Shown here: one piece after another, positions 37,872 through 45,863 of the stretch
Position numbering within the stretch: the stretch's first letter is position 1
Layout of the letters: each line of letters begins with the position of its first letter
Assembly: GCA_036498765.1 (NCBI GenBank)
Contig: DASYEX010000027.1
Span: 1-53,103 of the forward strand
Length of the DNA: 53,103 bases
Reading direction: 5' to 3'
Origin: Polyangia bacterium
GTDB taxonomy: Bacteria; Myxococcota_A; Polyangia; Fen-1088
The notes under the pieces: generated by a model
The model's database searches: none
Told to the model about the DNA's origin: nothing
Seen by the model: the letters and a program-made list of their open reading frames with translations, nothing else
Translations under genes and position numbers: made by a program

Positions 37872-39286
37872 GCGGGTGTGCGGATGGGTTCGAAGGTGGG
37901 CGCCAGCAGATGGTTCACGGCGAAGGCCACGAGGTAGGCCGAGCCGCAGATCGCGAACAGCAGCGCGTAGCCGGCGGTGACGTTGCCGGCGGCGGCGAAG
38001 CGGTCGAGCAGCCGTCCCGAGAAGATCGGGAACAAGATCCCGCCCAGCGAGCCGGCCATGCTGCCCAGGCCGACGACCGAGGCGACGGCGCGCTTGGGGA
38101 AGAGATCGGAGGCGCTGGTGAACAGGTTCGCCGACCAGGCCTGGTGCGAGGCGCCGGCGATCCCGATGAGGACGACGGCGGCCCAGTTGCCGACGTGCGT
38201 GACGCCCAGGATGGGGAGCACCGTGCAGGCGAAGGCGAAGAGGGCCGTCTTGCGCGCGCGCGACACGCTCATGCCGCGGCTAGTGAGGAAGCCCGGCAGC
38301 CAGCCGCCGAAGATGCTGAGCACGGTGACGATCGCGTAGATCGTCACCAGGAGGACCCAGCTGTTCTTGATCGAGAGGCCGCGCGTCTTCTTGAAGTAGT
38401 CGGGGAGCCAAATGAGGAAAAACCACCAGACGGGATCGGTGAGGAATTTGGCGGCGATGAACGACCAGGCCTGCCGGTGGCGCAGGATCTCGAGCCAGCC
38501 GATCGGCGCGCCGCCGCCGGCCGCCGCCGCGCCGTCTTCACTGCGGATGTGAGCCAGCTCGCCGGGGCCGAGCTTGGCGACCTTCTCGGGGACGTCGTAA
38601 AACGGCAGCCAGAAGGCGATCCAGATGAGGCCGGCGATCCCGGCCGCCACGAACGCCGAGCGCCAGCCGAACGTGAAGGCCAGCCAGGGGACGATGGCCG
38701 GCGCGATGATGGCGCCGACGTTGCTGCCCGAGTTGAAAAGCGCGGTCGCGTAGGCGCGCTCGCGCGGCGGGAACCAGATCGCCACGGCTTTGATCGCCGA
38801 GGGGAAGTTCCCCCCCTCGCCCAGCCCGAGCGCGAAGCGCGCGGCGAAGAAGCCGTTCACGCTGCCGACCAGCGCGTGCGATATCGCGGCCAGGCTCCAG
38901 GCGGTGATCGAGATCGCGTAGCCGACCTTGGTCCCGATCCGATCGATGAGCGCGCCGAACCCCAGGAGCCCGACGGCGTAGGCCGCCTGAAAGGCGGCGT
39001 TGATCAGCCCGAACTGCTCGTTGGTCCAGCCTAGCTCGCTGTCCAGGATCGGCTTGAGCAGCGAGAGGATCTGGCGGTCCATGTAGTTGACCGTCGTCGC
39101 GAAGAAGAGCAGCGCGCAGACCAGCCAGCGGTAGCGGCCGACGCCAACGTTGCCGCTCCCGCCCGTCTCGGCGGACCCGTTCTCACCCCGCGTCAGCCCC
39201 GGCGCCCGCCCCGGACCTTGGGCGAGCCGGGGGGCCGAAGAGGGAGTCGGCGCCTGGGTCGAGGATGACATGGGTTGGCGGTGCAC
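37868..39286 (-). CDS. exuT: MFS hexuronate transporter
   Basis: RYRWLVCALLFFATTVNYMDRQILS, GALIDRIGTK, RFALGLGEGGNFPSAIK, FPPRERA match the ExuT/ACS family. Start is GTG 39286 or ATG 39271. Confidence 0.88.
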   Translation of the reverse strand: MHRQPMSSSTQAPTPSSAPRLAQGPGRAPGLTRGENGSAETGGSGNVGVGRYRWLVCALLFFATTVNYMDRQILSLLKPILDSELGWTNEQFGLINAAFQAAYAVGLLGFGALIDRIGTKVGYAISITAWSLAAISHALVGSVNGFFAARFALGLGEGGNFPSAIKAVAIWFPPRERAYATALFNSGSNVGAIIAPAIVPWLAFTFGWRSAFVAAGIAGLIWIAFWLPFYDVPEKVAKLGPGELAHIRSEDGAAAAGGGAPIGWLEILRHRQAWSFIAAKFLTDPVWWFFLIWLPDYFKKTRGLSIKNSWVLLVTIYAIVTVLSIFGGWLPGFLTSRGMSVSRARKTALFAFACTVLPILGVTHVGNWAAVVLIGIAGASHQAWSANLFTSASDLFPKRAVASVVGLGSMAGSLGGILFPIFSGRLLDRFAAAGNVTAGYALLFAICGSAYLVAFAVNHLLAPTFEPIRTPA

Positions 39287-39303
39287 AGCGGGACGCCGTC
39301 ATG

Positions 39304-39321
39304 GGTTGCCTCATCGCAACC
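39304..39321. promoter_or_regulatory. 18-bp inverted repeat GGTTGC-N6-GCAACC in the exuT / lipoprotein-GH28 divergent region (operator candidate)
   Basis: Perfect 6-bp arms seen directly, 18-35 nt upstream of the exuT GTG. No cognate regulator identified in the window. Confidence 0.2.
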
Positions 39322-39432
39322 AAACGGCTCGGTCATCGCCTGACCCTCGCCCGTGAGCCGCCCGCCAAAGGTGCGGACACCCAGGTCCCCGAAGCTTTCG
39401 ATTTTCAAATGCACCAACCAGCGAGGGGACGG

Positions 39433-40092
39433 ATGACGACGATGATGAAACGAATGGCGCCGATCTGCGGGACGACCGCACTCTTGGCGCTGGTGTTCGC
39501 GTTCCAGGGCTGCGCCACCGACAACACGGGGAGCCCCGGCACGGGCGGCTCGACCGGCACGGGCGGCTCCACGAGCACCGGGACCGGCGGCACCTCGACC
39601 GCGACTGGCGGGACCACCGGCGCGGCGGGAGCTCCGTCCACCACCGGCGCGGCCGGCCAGAGCGGCACCTTCGGATCGCCCGCCTGCGGCAACACGATGG
39701 CGGGGACGGCGGCCGGCAAGGGCGTCGCCTGCACCACGGCCGACGTGCAGCTCTGCTACAAGACCTGCGGCCCGGAGAAGTCCGGCGTGAAGCCGGAGAC
39801 GTGCACGGGCGGCGCCTACGCCGAAGGCGACTGCGCGTTCGACCCGAGCAAGAACTATATGTGCTACGCCATCCCCACGACGGCGGACCCGACCTGCCCG
39901 ACGACCGCGCCGATGGCCTCCAGCGCCTGCTCGATCGCCGACTGCGTCGTCTGCGGCGGCACCACCGGGTACATGGACTCGACCGGCGCGGCCAAGACCG
40001 GCTACTGCACCTGCCAGGCCGCCGCTGCGAGCCCGACCTGGAGCTGCGCCAGCAGCACCGCCTGGCCCTGCCCGAACGGCACCGGCTGCTAG
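39433..40092 (+). CDS. Cys-rich lipoprotein
   Basis: ATG 39433 after GAGGGGACGG (alternative ATG 39409). Lipobox VFAFQGC. GTGGST linker. About 20 Cys in 130 aa. Confidence 0.65.
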   Translation: MTTMMKRMAPICGTTALLALVFAFQGCATDNTGSPGTGGSTGTGGSTSTGTGGTSTATGGTTGAAGAPSTTGAAGQSGTFGSPACGNTMAGTAAGKGVACTTADVQLCYKTCGPEKSGVKPETCTGGAYAEGDCAFDPSKNYMCYAIPTTADPTCPTTAPMASSACSIADCVVCGGTTGYMDSTGAAKTGYCTCQAAAASPTWSCASSTAWPCPNGTGC

Positions 40093-40113
40093 CCTGAGCG
40101 AGATCGCGAACCG

Positions 40114-40151
40114 CCGCGCGCCGCCCGGCCCAAGCCCGGGCCGGCGCGCGG
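40114..40151 (+). terminator. 15-bp GC stem-loop after the lipoprotein stop (terminator or attenuator candidate)
   Basis: CCGCGCGCCG-CCCGG-cccaagc-CCGGG-c-CGGCGCGCGG, with one bulged C and no U-tract. Lies between stop 40092 and the GH28 start 40170. Confidence 0.4.
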
Positions 40152-40169
40152 TCCTCAACCGAGCCCACC

Positions 40170-41867
40170 GTGCAGCGCCCAACACATAGACCGACCTTCC
40201 CCGCGCGCCTCGCCGCGATCTCGTGCGGGGCCGCGTTTTTCGCCGTCCTCGGTTGCGAAAAGCAGCCGCCAATCACCCCGGTCCCCTACACCTGCGGCGA
40301 GACGGGTGACTCCGTCCCGGATCCGTCGACCTGGGTGTCGGTGGGCGATCCGGCCGATTGCCCGGACGTGAGGGCGCTCGAACCGAAGCTGCCGGCTATC
40401 CCCTCCAATCCGACCTGCATCCTGATCGCCGGCCGCCACACCGACGACCAGAACTGGATCCCGGAAGAGACGAACGACAGCACCAACGACGACACCGATA
40501 CCAAGCGCATCCAGACGGCGCTCAACAGTTGCCCGGTGGTCCAGCTGACGACCGATCCTACGGATCCGTCCCAGACGATGAACTCGTTCGTCTCGGGGCC
40601 GCTGACGATCAACGGCAGGATCCTCTGGATCGACAAGGGTGTGACGCTGTTCGCCTCGCGGAACCCGGACTACTACCAGGCCAACGCGACCGCCACGAGC
40701 GCGGGCGACTGCGCCAAGGTGGGCGTCAACGATTCGTCGGCGTGCACCAGCTTCATCACCGTCAACGGCGCCAGCCCCGGCATCGTCGGCGAGGGGACGA
40801 TCGATGGGCAGGGGGGCGAGCTGCTCGTCAACCACGCTTATTCCTGGTGGCAGCTCTCGGCGGCGCTCCAGACCATCGACGGCAGCATCGGCAACCCGAC
40901 GCTCGTCGACGTTCGCAGCGGGGTGACCAATCTCCTCATCTACAAGATCACCCTGCACAACTCGCCCAAGTTCCACGTCAAGATCACCTCGACGCCGGCG
41001 GGCGGCATCGGCGCCGCTTGTACCTCGCCCGGTGCGGGCTTCATCGTGTGGGGCGTGACCATCTTGACGCCCTCGCGCTGGCTGAACATGCAGGGGCTGC
41101 CCATGTCGCCGCACGCCTCGCGCAACACCGACGGGATCGATCCGGGTGAGACCAGCTTCGCCACCTGCGGCCTGCTGGCCTACAACACGATCAGCACGGG
41201 CGACGACCACATCGCCATCAAGGGCGGCCACGGCGTCTCGAACATCCTCGTCGTGCACAACCACTTCGGCACCGGCCACGGCATGTCGATCGGCAGCGAG
41301 ACCTATGGCGGTGTCGACGGGCTGCAGGTCTGCGACCTCACCATCGACGCCGACTCGCGTCCCGTCGGCGACGGGGCCAGCCCGGGCGACTTCAACGGGA
41401 TCCGCGTCAAGTCCGACGCCAGCCGCGGCGGAACCGTCACCAACGCTTCGTACAAGAACATCTGCATGCGCGACGTGAACAATTCCATCCTCATGAGCAC
41501 CGCCTATAACCCGCTCTTCTCGGGGACCATGTTCCCGCAGTTCAGCGACATCACGTTCCAGAACATCCGCGACGTCACCTGCATGGGGCTGGTGCAGCCG
41601 GTGGTGACGCTGAACGGGTTCTCGGCGCTCTATCCCGCGACCAACATCGGGCTCGACAACGTGATCGTCGACTGGACCGGGCCGGAGGGCGTGTCGGCCA
41701 TGTTCTCGCAGCTCAACCTCGGACCCGACAACGTCAACTTCGCGCCCTACATCTCCGGTCAGGGCGTCAGCGTGAACAACGGGATCGTGCCGCCCGGAAA
41801 TCCACCGATCACTTGCGTGTTTCCCAAGCTGCCGGCACCGCAGCCGCCGCCGGGCTGGTTGAACTGA
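40170..41867 (+). CDS. GH28 polygalacturonase-family lipoprotein
   Basis: Lipobox FFAVLGC. NTDGID, GDDHIAIK, GHGMSIGSE, IRVKS catalytic signature set. Confidence 0.9.
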   Translation: MQRPTHRPTFPARLAAISCGAAFFAVLGCEKQPPITPVPYTCGETGDSVPDPSTWVSVGDPADCPDVRALEPKLPAIPSNPTCILIAGRHTDDQNWIPEETNDSTNDDTDTKRIQTALNSCPVVQLTTDPTDPSQTMNSFVSGPLTINGRILWIDKGVTLFASRNPDYYQANATATSAGDCAKVGVNDSSACTSFITVNGASPGIVGEGTIDGQGGELLVNHAYSWWQLSAALQTIDGSIGNPTLVDVRSGVTNLLIYKITLHNSPKFHVKITSTPAGGIGAACTSPGAGFIVWGVTILTPSRWLNMQGLPMSPHASRNTDGIDPGETSFATCGLLAYNTISTGDDHIAIKGGHGVSNILVVHNHFGTGHGMSIGSETYGGVDGLQVCDLTIDADSRPVGDGASPGDFNGIRVKSDASRGGTVTNASYKNICMRDVNNSILMSTAYNPLFSGTMFPQFSDITFQNIRDVTCMGLVQPVVTLNGFSALYPATNIGLDNVIVDWTGPEGVSAMFSQLNLGPDNVNFAPYISGQGVSVNNGIVPPGNPPITCVFPKLPAPQPPPGWLN

Positions 41868-41886
41868 TGTCGGTTGAACTGATGTC
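41857..41886 (+). repeat. perfect 15-bp tandem duplication (GGTTGAACTGATGTC x2) spanning the GH28 stop / next-gene start
   Basis: Read directly: copy 1 at 41857-41871, copy 2 at 41872-41886. Confidence 0.95.
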
Positions 41887-42766
41887 CCTGCGTCGACTCG
41901 CCGCGCTCCTGCCCTGCGTGCTCCTGACCGCCTGTCCGGCCAACGAGACGACGTCGCTCCAGGGGACCTGCACGGTCGACGATTCGATCACCGCCACCTG
42001 CAACACCGCGCCGGACGGCGGGGCGCCGGTGGCGCTGGGGCTGGTCGGCTACACCTGCAGCGGCACTGGCCTGCGGCCCGACCTGGTGCAGTCGCAGTAC
42101 AACCAGGGGGTCCCGCAGGGGATCATCTGCGCCGACACCACGCCCACCCCCGACGGCGGCGTCCCATCGGGTCCGCAGAACTACTGCTGCACGAGCGCGC
42201 CGACGACCTGCGCTTTCAACCCGGTCGCCGTCTGCCCGCAGGGGACCTACGATTACCAGTGTCAGGACATCAACCGCCCCGAGAGCTACAACCCGCAGAT
42301 CCAGTGCGGCCAGGGCGTGCGCGGGACGGAGTACGTCGACTACTGCTGCTCGGGGACCGGCCTGTCGAAGGGGTGCATGGAGGATGACACGCTCGGTTGC
42401 CCCGCCGGGCTCGTCGGCTGGGATTGCAACGCCAAGATCCCCGGCCTCGTTCCAAAGGGCCAGGACCTCCTGGACAACAAGAGCCGCGCTGATCAGTACT
42501 ACCTCGTCTGCGACGTCCCCAAGCTGTCGCTCTCCGGCAAGGTGAACGACTTCTGCTGCTACCCGCCGGCCGCGGTTCCGCCGGGCGGTGCCTGCGTCGA
42601 GGACATCAACGTCGCGGGCTGCGCTCCCGGGCGCTTCGGGTTCGCTTGCTATGGCCCCGAGACACCCTCCGACGACTTCCCGCCGATGAACTGCCCCAAT
42701 CCGGGTGTCGCGGGAACGAGCACGCAGGGCTACCCTGCGACGCTCTACTGCTGTGACTTCGAGTAA
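41867..42766 (+). CDS. Cys-rich lipoprotein with four internal [YF]-C-C-terminated repeats
   Basis: ATG 41867 overlaps the GH28 stop (TGATG). A second in-frame ATG at 41882 was created by the duplication. Lipobox CVLLTAC. Repeats end NYCC, DYCC, DFCC, LYCC. Confidence 0.65.
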   Translation: MSVELMSLRRLAALLPCVLLTACPANETTSLQGTCTVDDSITATCNTAPDGGAPVALGLVGYTCSGTGLRPDLVQSQYNQGVPQGIICADTTPTPDGGVPSGPQNYCCTSAPTTCAFNPVAVCPQGTYDYQCQDINRPESYNPQIQCGQGVRGTEYVDYCCSGTGLSKGCMEDDTLGCPAGLVGWDCNAKIPGLVPKGQDLLDNKSRADQYYLVCDVPKLSLSGKVNDFCCYPPAAVPPGGACVEDINVAGCAPGRFGFACYGPETPSDDFPPMNCPNPGVAGTSTQGYPATLYCCDFE

Positions 42767-42772
42767 CGGCGG

Positions 42773-43687
42773 CTACGGGCGCTGCAGATACTCGTCGGGG
42801 GCGTCGACGTAACCCCAGTCACGCAGCTGCCGCACCCAGGCGCCGAGGTTGTCGCGCGTCACGCGTACGAGCTCGAGCGGGATCCGCTGGGGCACCGCCT
42901 TGCCGCGTAGGACCTTGTCGACGATGGTCTGCACGCCGACCTCGCCCCAGGGATAGGTGGGCTGCGCCAGCAGCACCGGGGCCAGCCCCTTCTCGACGTA
43001 GAGCAGCTGCGGCGGGATGGCGTTGATCGAGACGATGGTGGGGACCATCAGCTTGGGCGCGCCCGACTCGATCTCGTGCAGCAGCGTCTGCGTGTAGAGC
43101 GGCCAGCCGCCGACCATCGCCCACCCGGTGATGTCGGGATGCGCCGCCTCGGCGCGCATGACGGCGGCGGTGGCGTCCTGCGGCGTCTCGACGTGGAAGA
43201 AGGGACCGAGCACGACCAGGCCCGGGTGGTGCGCCGCCTCGCTCATCACCCCGTCGACGCGGCGACGCAGGTTGGGCGCGTTGGGGTTCCCCGCCAGCAC
43301 GGCCACCTTGCCGTGATGAGGAATCAGCTGCGCCAGCTCCTTCATCACGGCCTGGCCGGCCTTGAAGTCGTCGACGCCGCACTCGGCGAAGCGGCGCGAT
43401 TCCGGCGCGTCGCTGTCGAAGGTCATCACCGGGACACCATGCGCGACGGCGTCGTCGATGGCCGGCGTGACCGTCTGGGCGTCAGAGCAGGAGAGCAGCA
43501 CGGCGTCGGCCTTCTCCGCCACGGCCTGCCGGATCCGCTCGACCTGCAGCGTGGCGTCCTCGCGCGGCGGCGTCAGCCACTCGATCTCGATCGGTCGTCC
43601 CAGCTCCGCGGACAGCGCGCGGGCGCGGTTCTCGGCGCCGAGGCGGGAGGCGAGAAACGATGGATTGCTCGCGCTCTTGGCGATCAT
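42773..43687 (-). CDS. periplasmic sugar-binding protein (type-1 PBP fold), orphan; coding sequence probably extends upstream of the first canonical start
   Basis: DAVLLSCSD, VPVMTFDSD, KVAVLAGNPNAPNLRRRVDG, GWAMVGGWP are typical of ribose/galactose-type binding proteins. No ABC permease or ATPase is adjacent. See the finding on the missing start codon. Confidence 0.8.
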   Translation of the reverse strand: MIAKSASNPSFLASRLGAENRARALSAELGRPIEIEWLTPPREDATLQVERIRQAVAEKADAVLLSCSDAQTVTPAIDDAVAHGVPVMTFDSDAPESRRFAECGVDDFKAGQAVMKELAQLIPHHGKVAVLAGNPNAPNLRRRVDGVMSEAAHHPGLVVLGPFFHVETPQDATAAVMRAEAAHPDITGWAMVGGWPLYTQTLLHEIESGAPKLMVPTIVSINAIPPQLLYVEKGLAPVLLAQPTYPWGEVGVQTIVDKVLRGKAVPQRIPLELVRVTRDNLGAWVRQLRDWGYVDAPDEYLQRP

Positions 43688-43916
43688 CGCGATCCGGAAC
43701 GGCGCCGCCGCGGGGCGCCGCGCTCCGGTCGGCGCCTCGGCTGGGCGTGTAGGGCAGCCGCCGGCCAGCGCCGCAGCCGTCAGGAGCGCGCGGAGGGCCC
43801 CCCGGCGACGAAGACGGCGGCGGCCTGCAGGCTCACTGAGCCAAAGTTGACCCGCGCGGCCGGGACGGCTCAGCGGGCCTTTTGTAGACGAAGGCGGTTC
43901 GTGTCACCGTGTTGGC

Positions 43917-45110
43917 GTGTCCCTCCCCGGGATCGGGTTCCTGGCGCTGGTCGCCCTGGCGCAGACGGTGCCGGCCGCCTCGGTCCCCGTGCGGGTCGAG
44001 TTCGACGCCCCCGCCGGGTGTTCCGACGCCGATGCGTTCCTGACCGGCATCCTGGCGCGCGCGCGGCACGTTCATCGCGCGGGTCCGGGCGAGAAGGCGG
44101 TCCGTCTGGCGATTCATCTCACGCACGTGGGCGGCCGGGTGCGCGGCGAGCTGCGCCTCACCGACGCGGGCGGCGGGACGGAGACCCGGCGAGTCGACGG
44201 CGCGAGCTGCGCCGAGGTCGTTCAGGTCCTGTCGCTCACCGCCGCGCTGGCCATCGATCCAACGGCCGAGCTGGTGCCCCCGCCGCCCTCGGTCCCGGTG
44301 CGAGGGGCCCCGGCGCGCGCCGCTCCCGGGAGCCCGGCGTCGTCGCCGTCGTCGCCGTCTTCGGTGTCGTCGCCCGAGGCCGCTTCGCCCGCCTCGCCGA
44401 CGCCGCCCGCGCCCGCACCGCCGTCCGCCCCGCCGCCACCGCCGCCCGCCGCGCCGCCGCCACGGTCCGAGCCGCCGGCCGCGCCGGCCCCCGAGCCGCC
44501 GCCGGTCCCGCCACCGCCGCCCGAAGGGCCTCCTCCGGCGGCGGTGATCGTGGCCGCCCCGCAGGTCCCGCCGACGCCACCGCCGCCGCCGGGGCCGCGG
44601 GTGGGCGCGGCGATGGCCGGGGCGCGCGTGCTGGCGTCGTCGGCCGCGCTGGGGGCCTCCCTCTCGGGGCGCTTCGGTGCGGTGACGGGCGGTGGCCTCC
44701 GGCCAAACCTGGCCGTGAGCTTCCTGTTTCTACCGGGTGACGTTTTCGAGTCGGGGGACAATCTCGGGATCCGGTGGACGGCGCTGGCCCTGGCCGGCTG
44801 TCCAGGATGGTGGCTGGGCGGGCGGGTGGTGATCGAGCCCTGCGCCCGGATTACGATGGGGGTCCTGGCCGTGACCGACCATTCAGTTTCGCACCAGCTC
44901 CCCGTCGACCACTGGTGGGGAGGTGCCGGCCCGCTGGTCCACCTGGCGGCGCCCGTCGGGTGGGGATTGGCGCTGGAGGTCGAGGCGGGGGTCGACTTTC
45001 CGTTCGTCACGCGCCGCTTCATCACCACCACGGTCGAGCCAAATCAAGCAGTTGGGAGCACCGCGGCGGTCTCTCCGACGCTGTCGGTCGGCCTCTCACA
45101 CGCTCTATAA
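43917..45110 (+). CDS. secreted protein: small N-domain, about 100-aa Pro-rich spacer, beta-rich C-domain
   Basis: GTG start. Signal GFLALVALAQTVPAAS. N-domain VRVEFDAP...RLAIHLTHVGGRVRGELRLTD...CAEVVQVLSLTAALAID. Pro-rich 44280-44620. Strand-like C-terminal half. Confidence 0.55.
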   Translation: MSLPGIGFLALVALAQTVPAASVPVRVEFDAPAGCSDADAFLTGILARARHVHRAGPGEKAVRLAIHLTHVGGRVRGELRLTDAGGGTETRRVDGASCAEVVQVLSLTAALAIDPTAELVPPPPSVPVRGAPARAAPGSPASSPSSPSSVSSPEAASPASPTPPAPAPPSAPPPPPPAAPPPRSEPPAAPAPEPPPVPPPPPEGPPPAAVIVAAPQVPPTPPPPPGPRVGAAMAGARVLASSAALGASLSGRFGAVTGGGLRPNLAVSFLFLPGDVFESGDNLGIRWTALALAGCPGWWLGGRVVIEPCARITMGVLAVTDHSVSHQLPVDHWWGGAGPLVHLAAPVGWGLALEVEAGVDFPFVTRRFITTTVEPNQAVGSTAAVSPTLSVGLSHAL

Positions 45111-45173
45111 AACTCTCGCCGCCCGGAGTATGATCAGGATTCGCGGGAGCGGGAATTGAGGCCAAGAACGATC

Positions 45174-45857
45174 ATGACCTCTGCGGCCGTCCTCGATGCG
45201 CGCGAGCTGGAATGCGCGTTGCCGGTGGTCTCCGTCCCTGCGCCGCGGCGCCAGGACGAGAGCCGCGCCGAGGTGCGTGCCGGGGCCCGCGTCGGGGCCC
45301 GCGTCGACGTTCGCGCCGATCACGAGCGAAACCTGCGGCTGCGCGGGATGGTCGACACGCACATCGACTTCGTGGCGCGCGTCCTGCGCAACTCCGGAAC
45401 GCCTCACGCGGAGATCGACGACGAGGTCCAGCGGACGTTCATCGTGGCGGCGCGGCGGCTCGACGACATCCGTCCGGGTGCAGAGAAGAGCTTCCTGTTC
45501 CGGATCGCCTTCAACCTGGCCGCGCACGCGCGGCGGACCGCGGCGCGGCGGCGCGAAGTGGCCGCGGATCAGGCGCCCGAGCAGGTCGAACGGTTCGCCA
45601 CGCCGGAGGCGCTCACCGATCAGAAGCGGATGCGCGAGCTGCTCGACGGCGTCCTCGATCAGATGGACGAGTCGCTGCGCGCGACGTTCGTCCTGCACGA
45701 GTTCGAAGAGATGAGCACGGCGGAGATCGCCGAGGTGCTCGGCATCCCGCGCGGCACCGTCGCCTCACGGCTGCGGCGGGCGCGCGTCGAGTTCCGTGAG
45801 CGGGTGGCCGCGCTTCAGGGGCTGGCCGGATACGTGGACCGAGAAGGTCAGGGGTAG
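45174..45857 (+). CDS. ECF-type RNA polymerase sigma factor
   Basis: ATG 45174 (the track start 45156 is TTG). Region 2 HIDFVARVLRN...DDEVQRTFIV. Region 4.2 MSTAEIAEVLGIPRGTVASRLRRARVEF. Confidence 0.85.
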   Translation: MTSAAVLDARELECALPVVSVPAPRRQDESRAEVRAGARVGARVDVRADHERNLRLRGMVDTHIDFVARVLRNSGTPHAEIDDEVQRTFIVAARRLDDIRPGAEKSFLFRIAFNLAAHARRTAARRREVAADQAPEQVERFATPEALTDQKRMRELLDGVLDQMDESLRATFVLHEFEEMSTAEIAEVLGIPRGTVASRLRRARVEFRERVAALQGLAGYVDREGQG

Positions 45858-45863
45858 CGGCGC

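Noticed and set aside
36255-39034. 535-aa (36255..37862) and 447-aa (37691..39034) plus-strand ORFs
   Set aside because: They are antisense shadows of the porin and exuT genes and are Arg/Gly/Asp/Pro-rich without motifs.
43076-44740. 554-aa plus-strand ORF
   Set aside because: It is antisense to the binding-protein gene and then off-frame through gene 43917..45110, with Arg/Ala/Gly/Pro-dominated composition.
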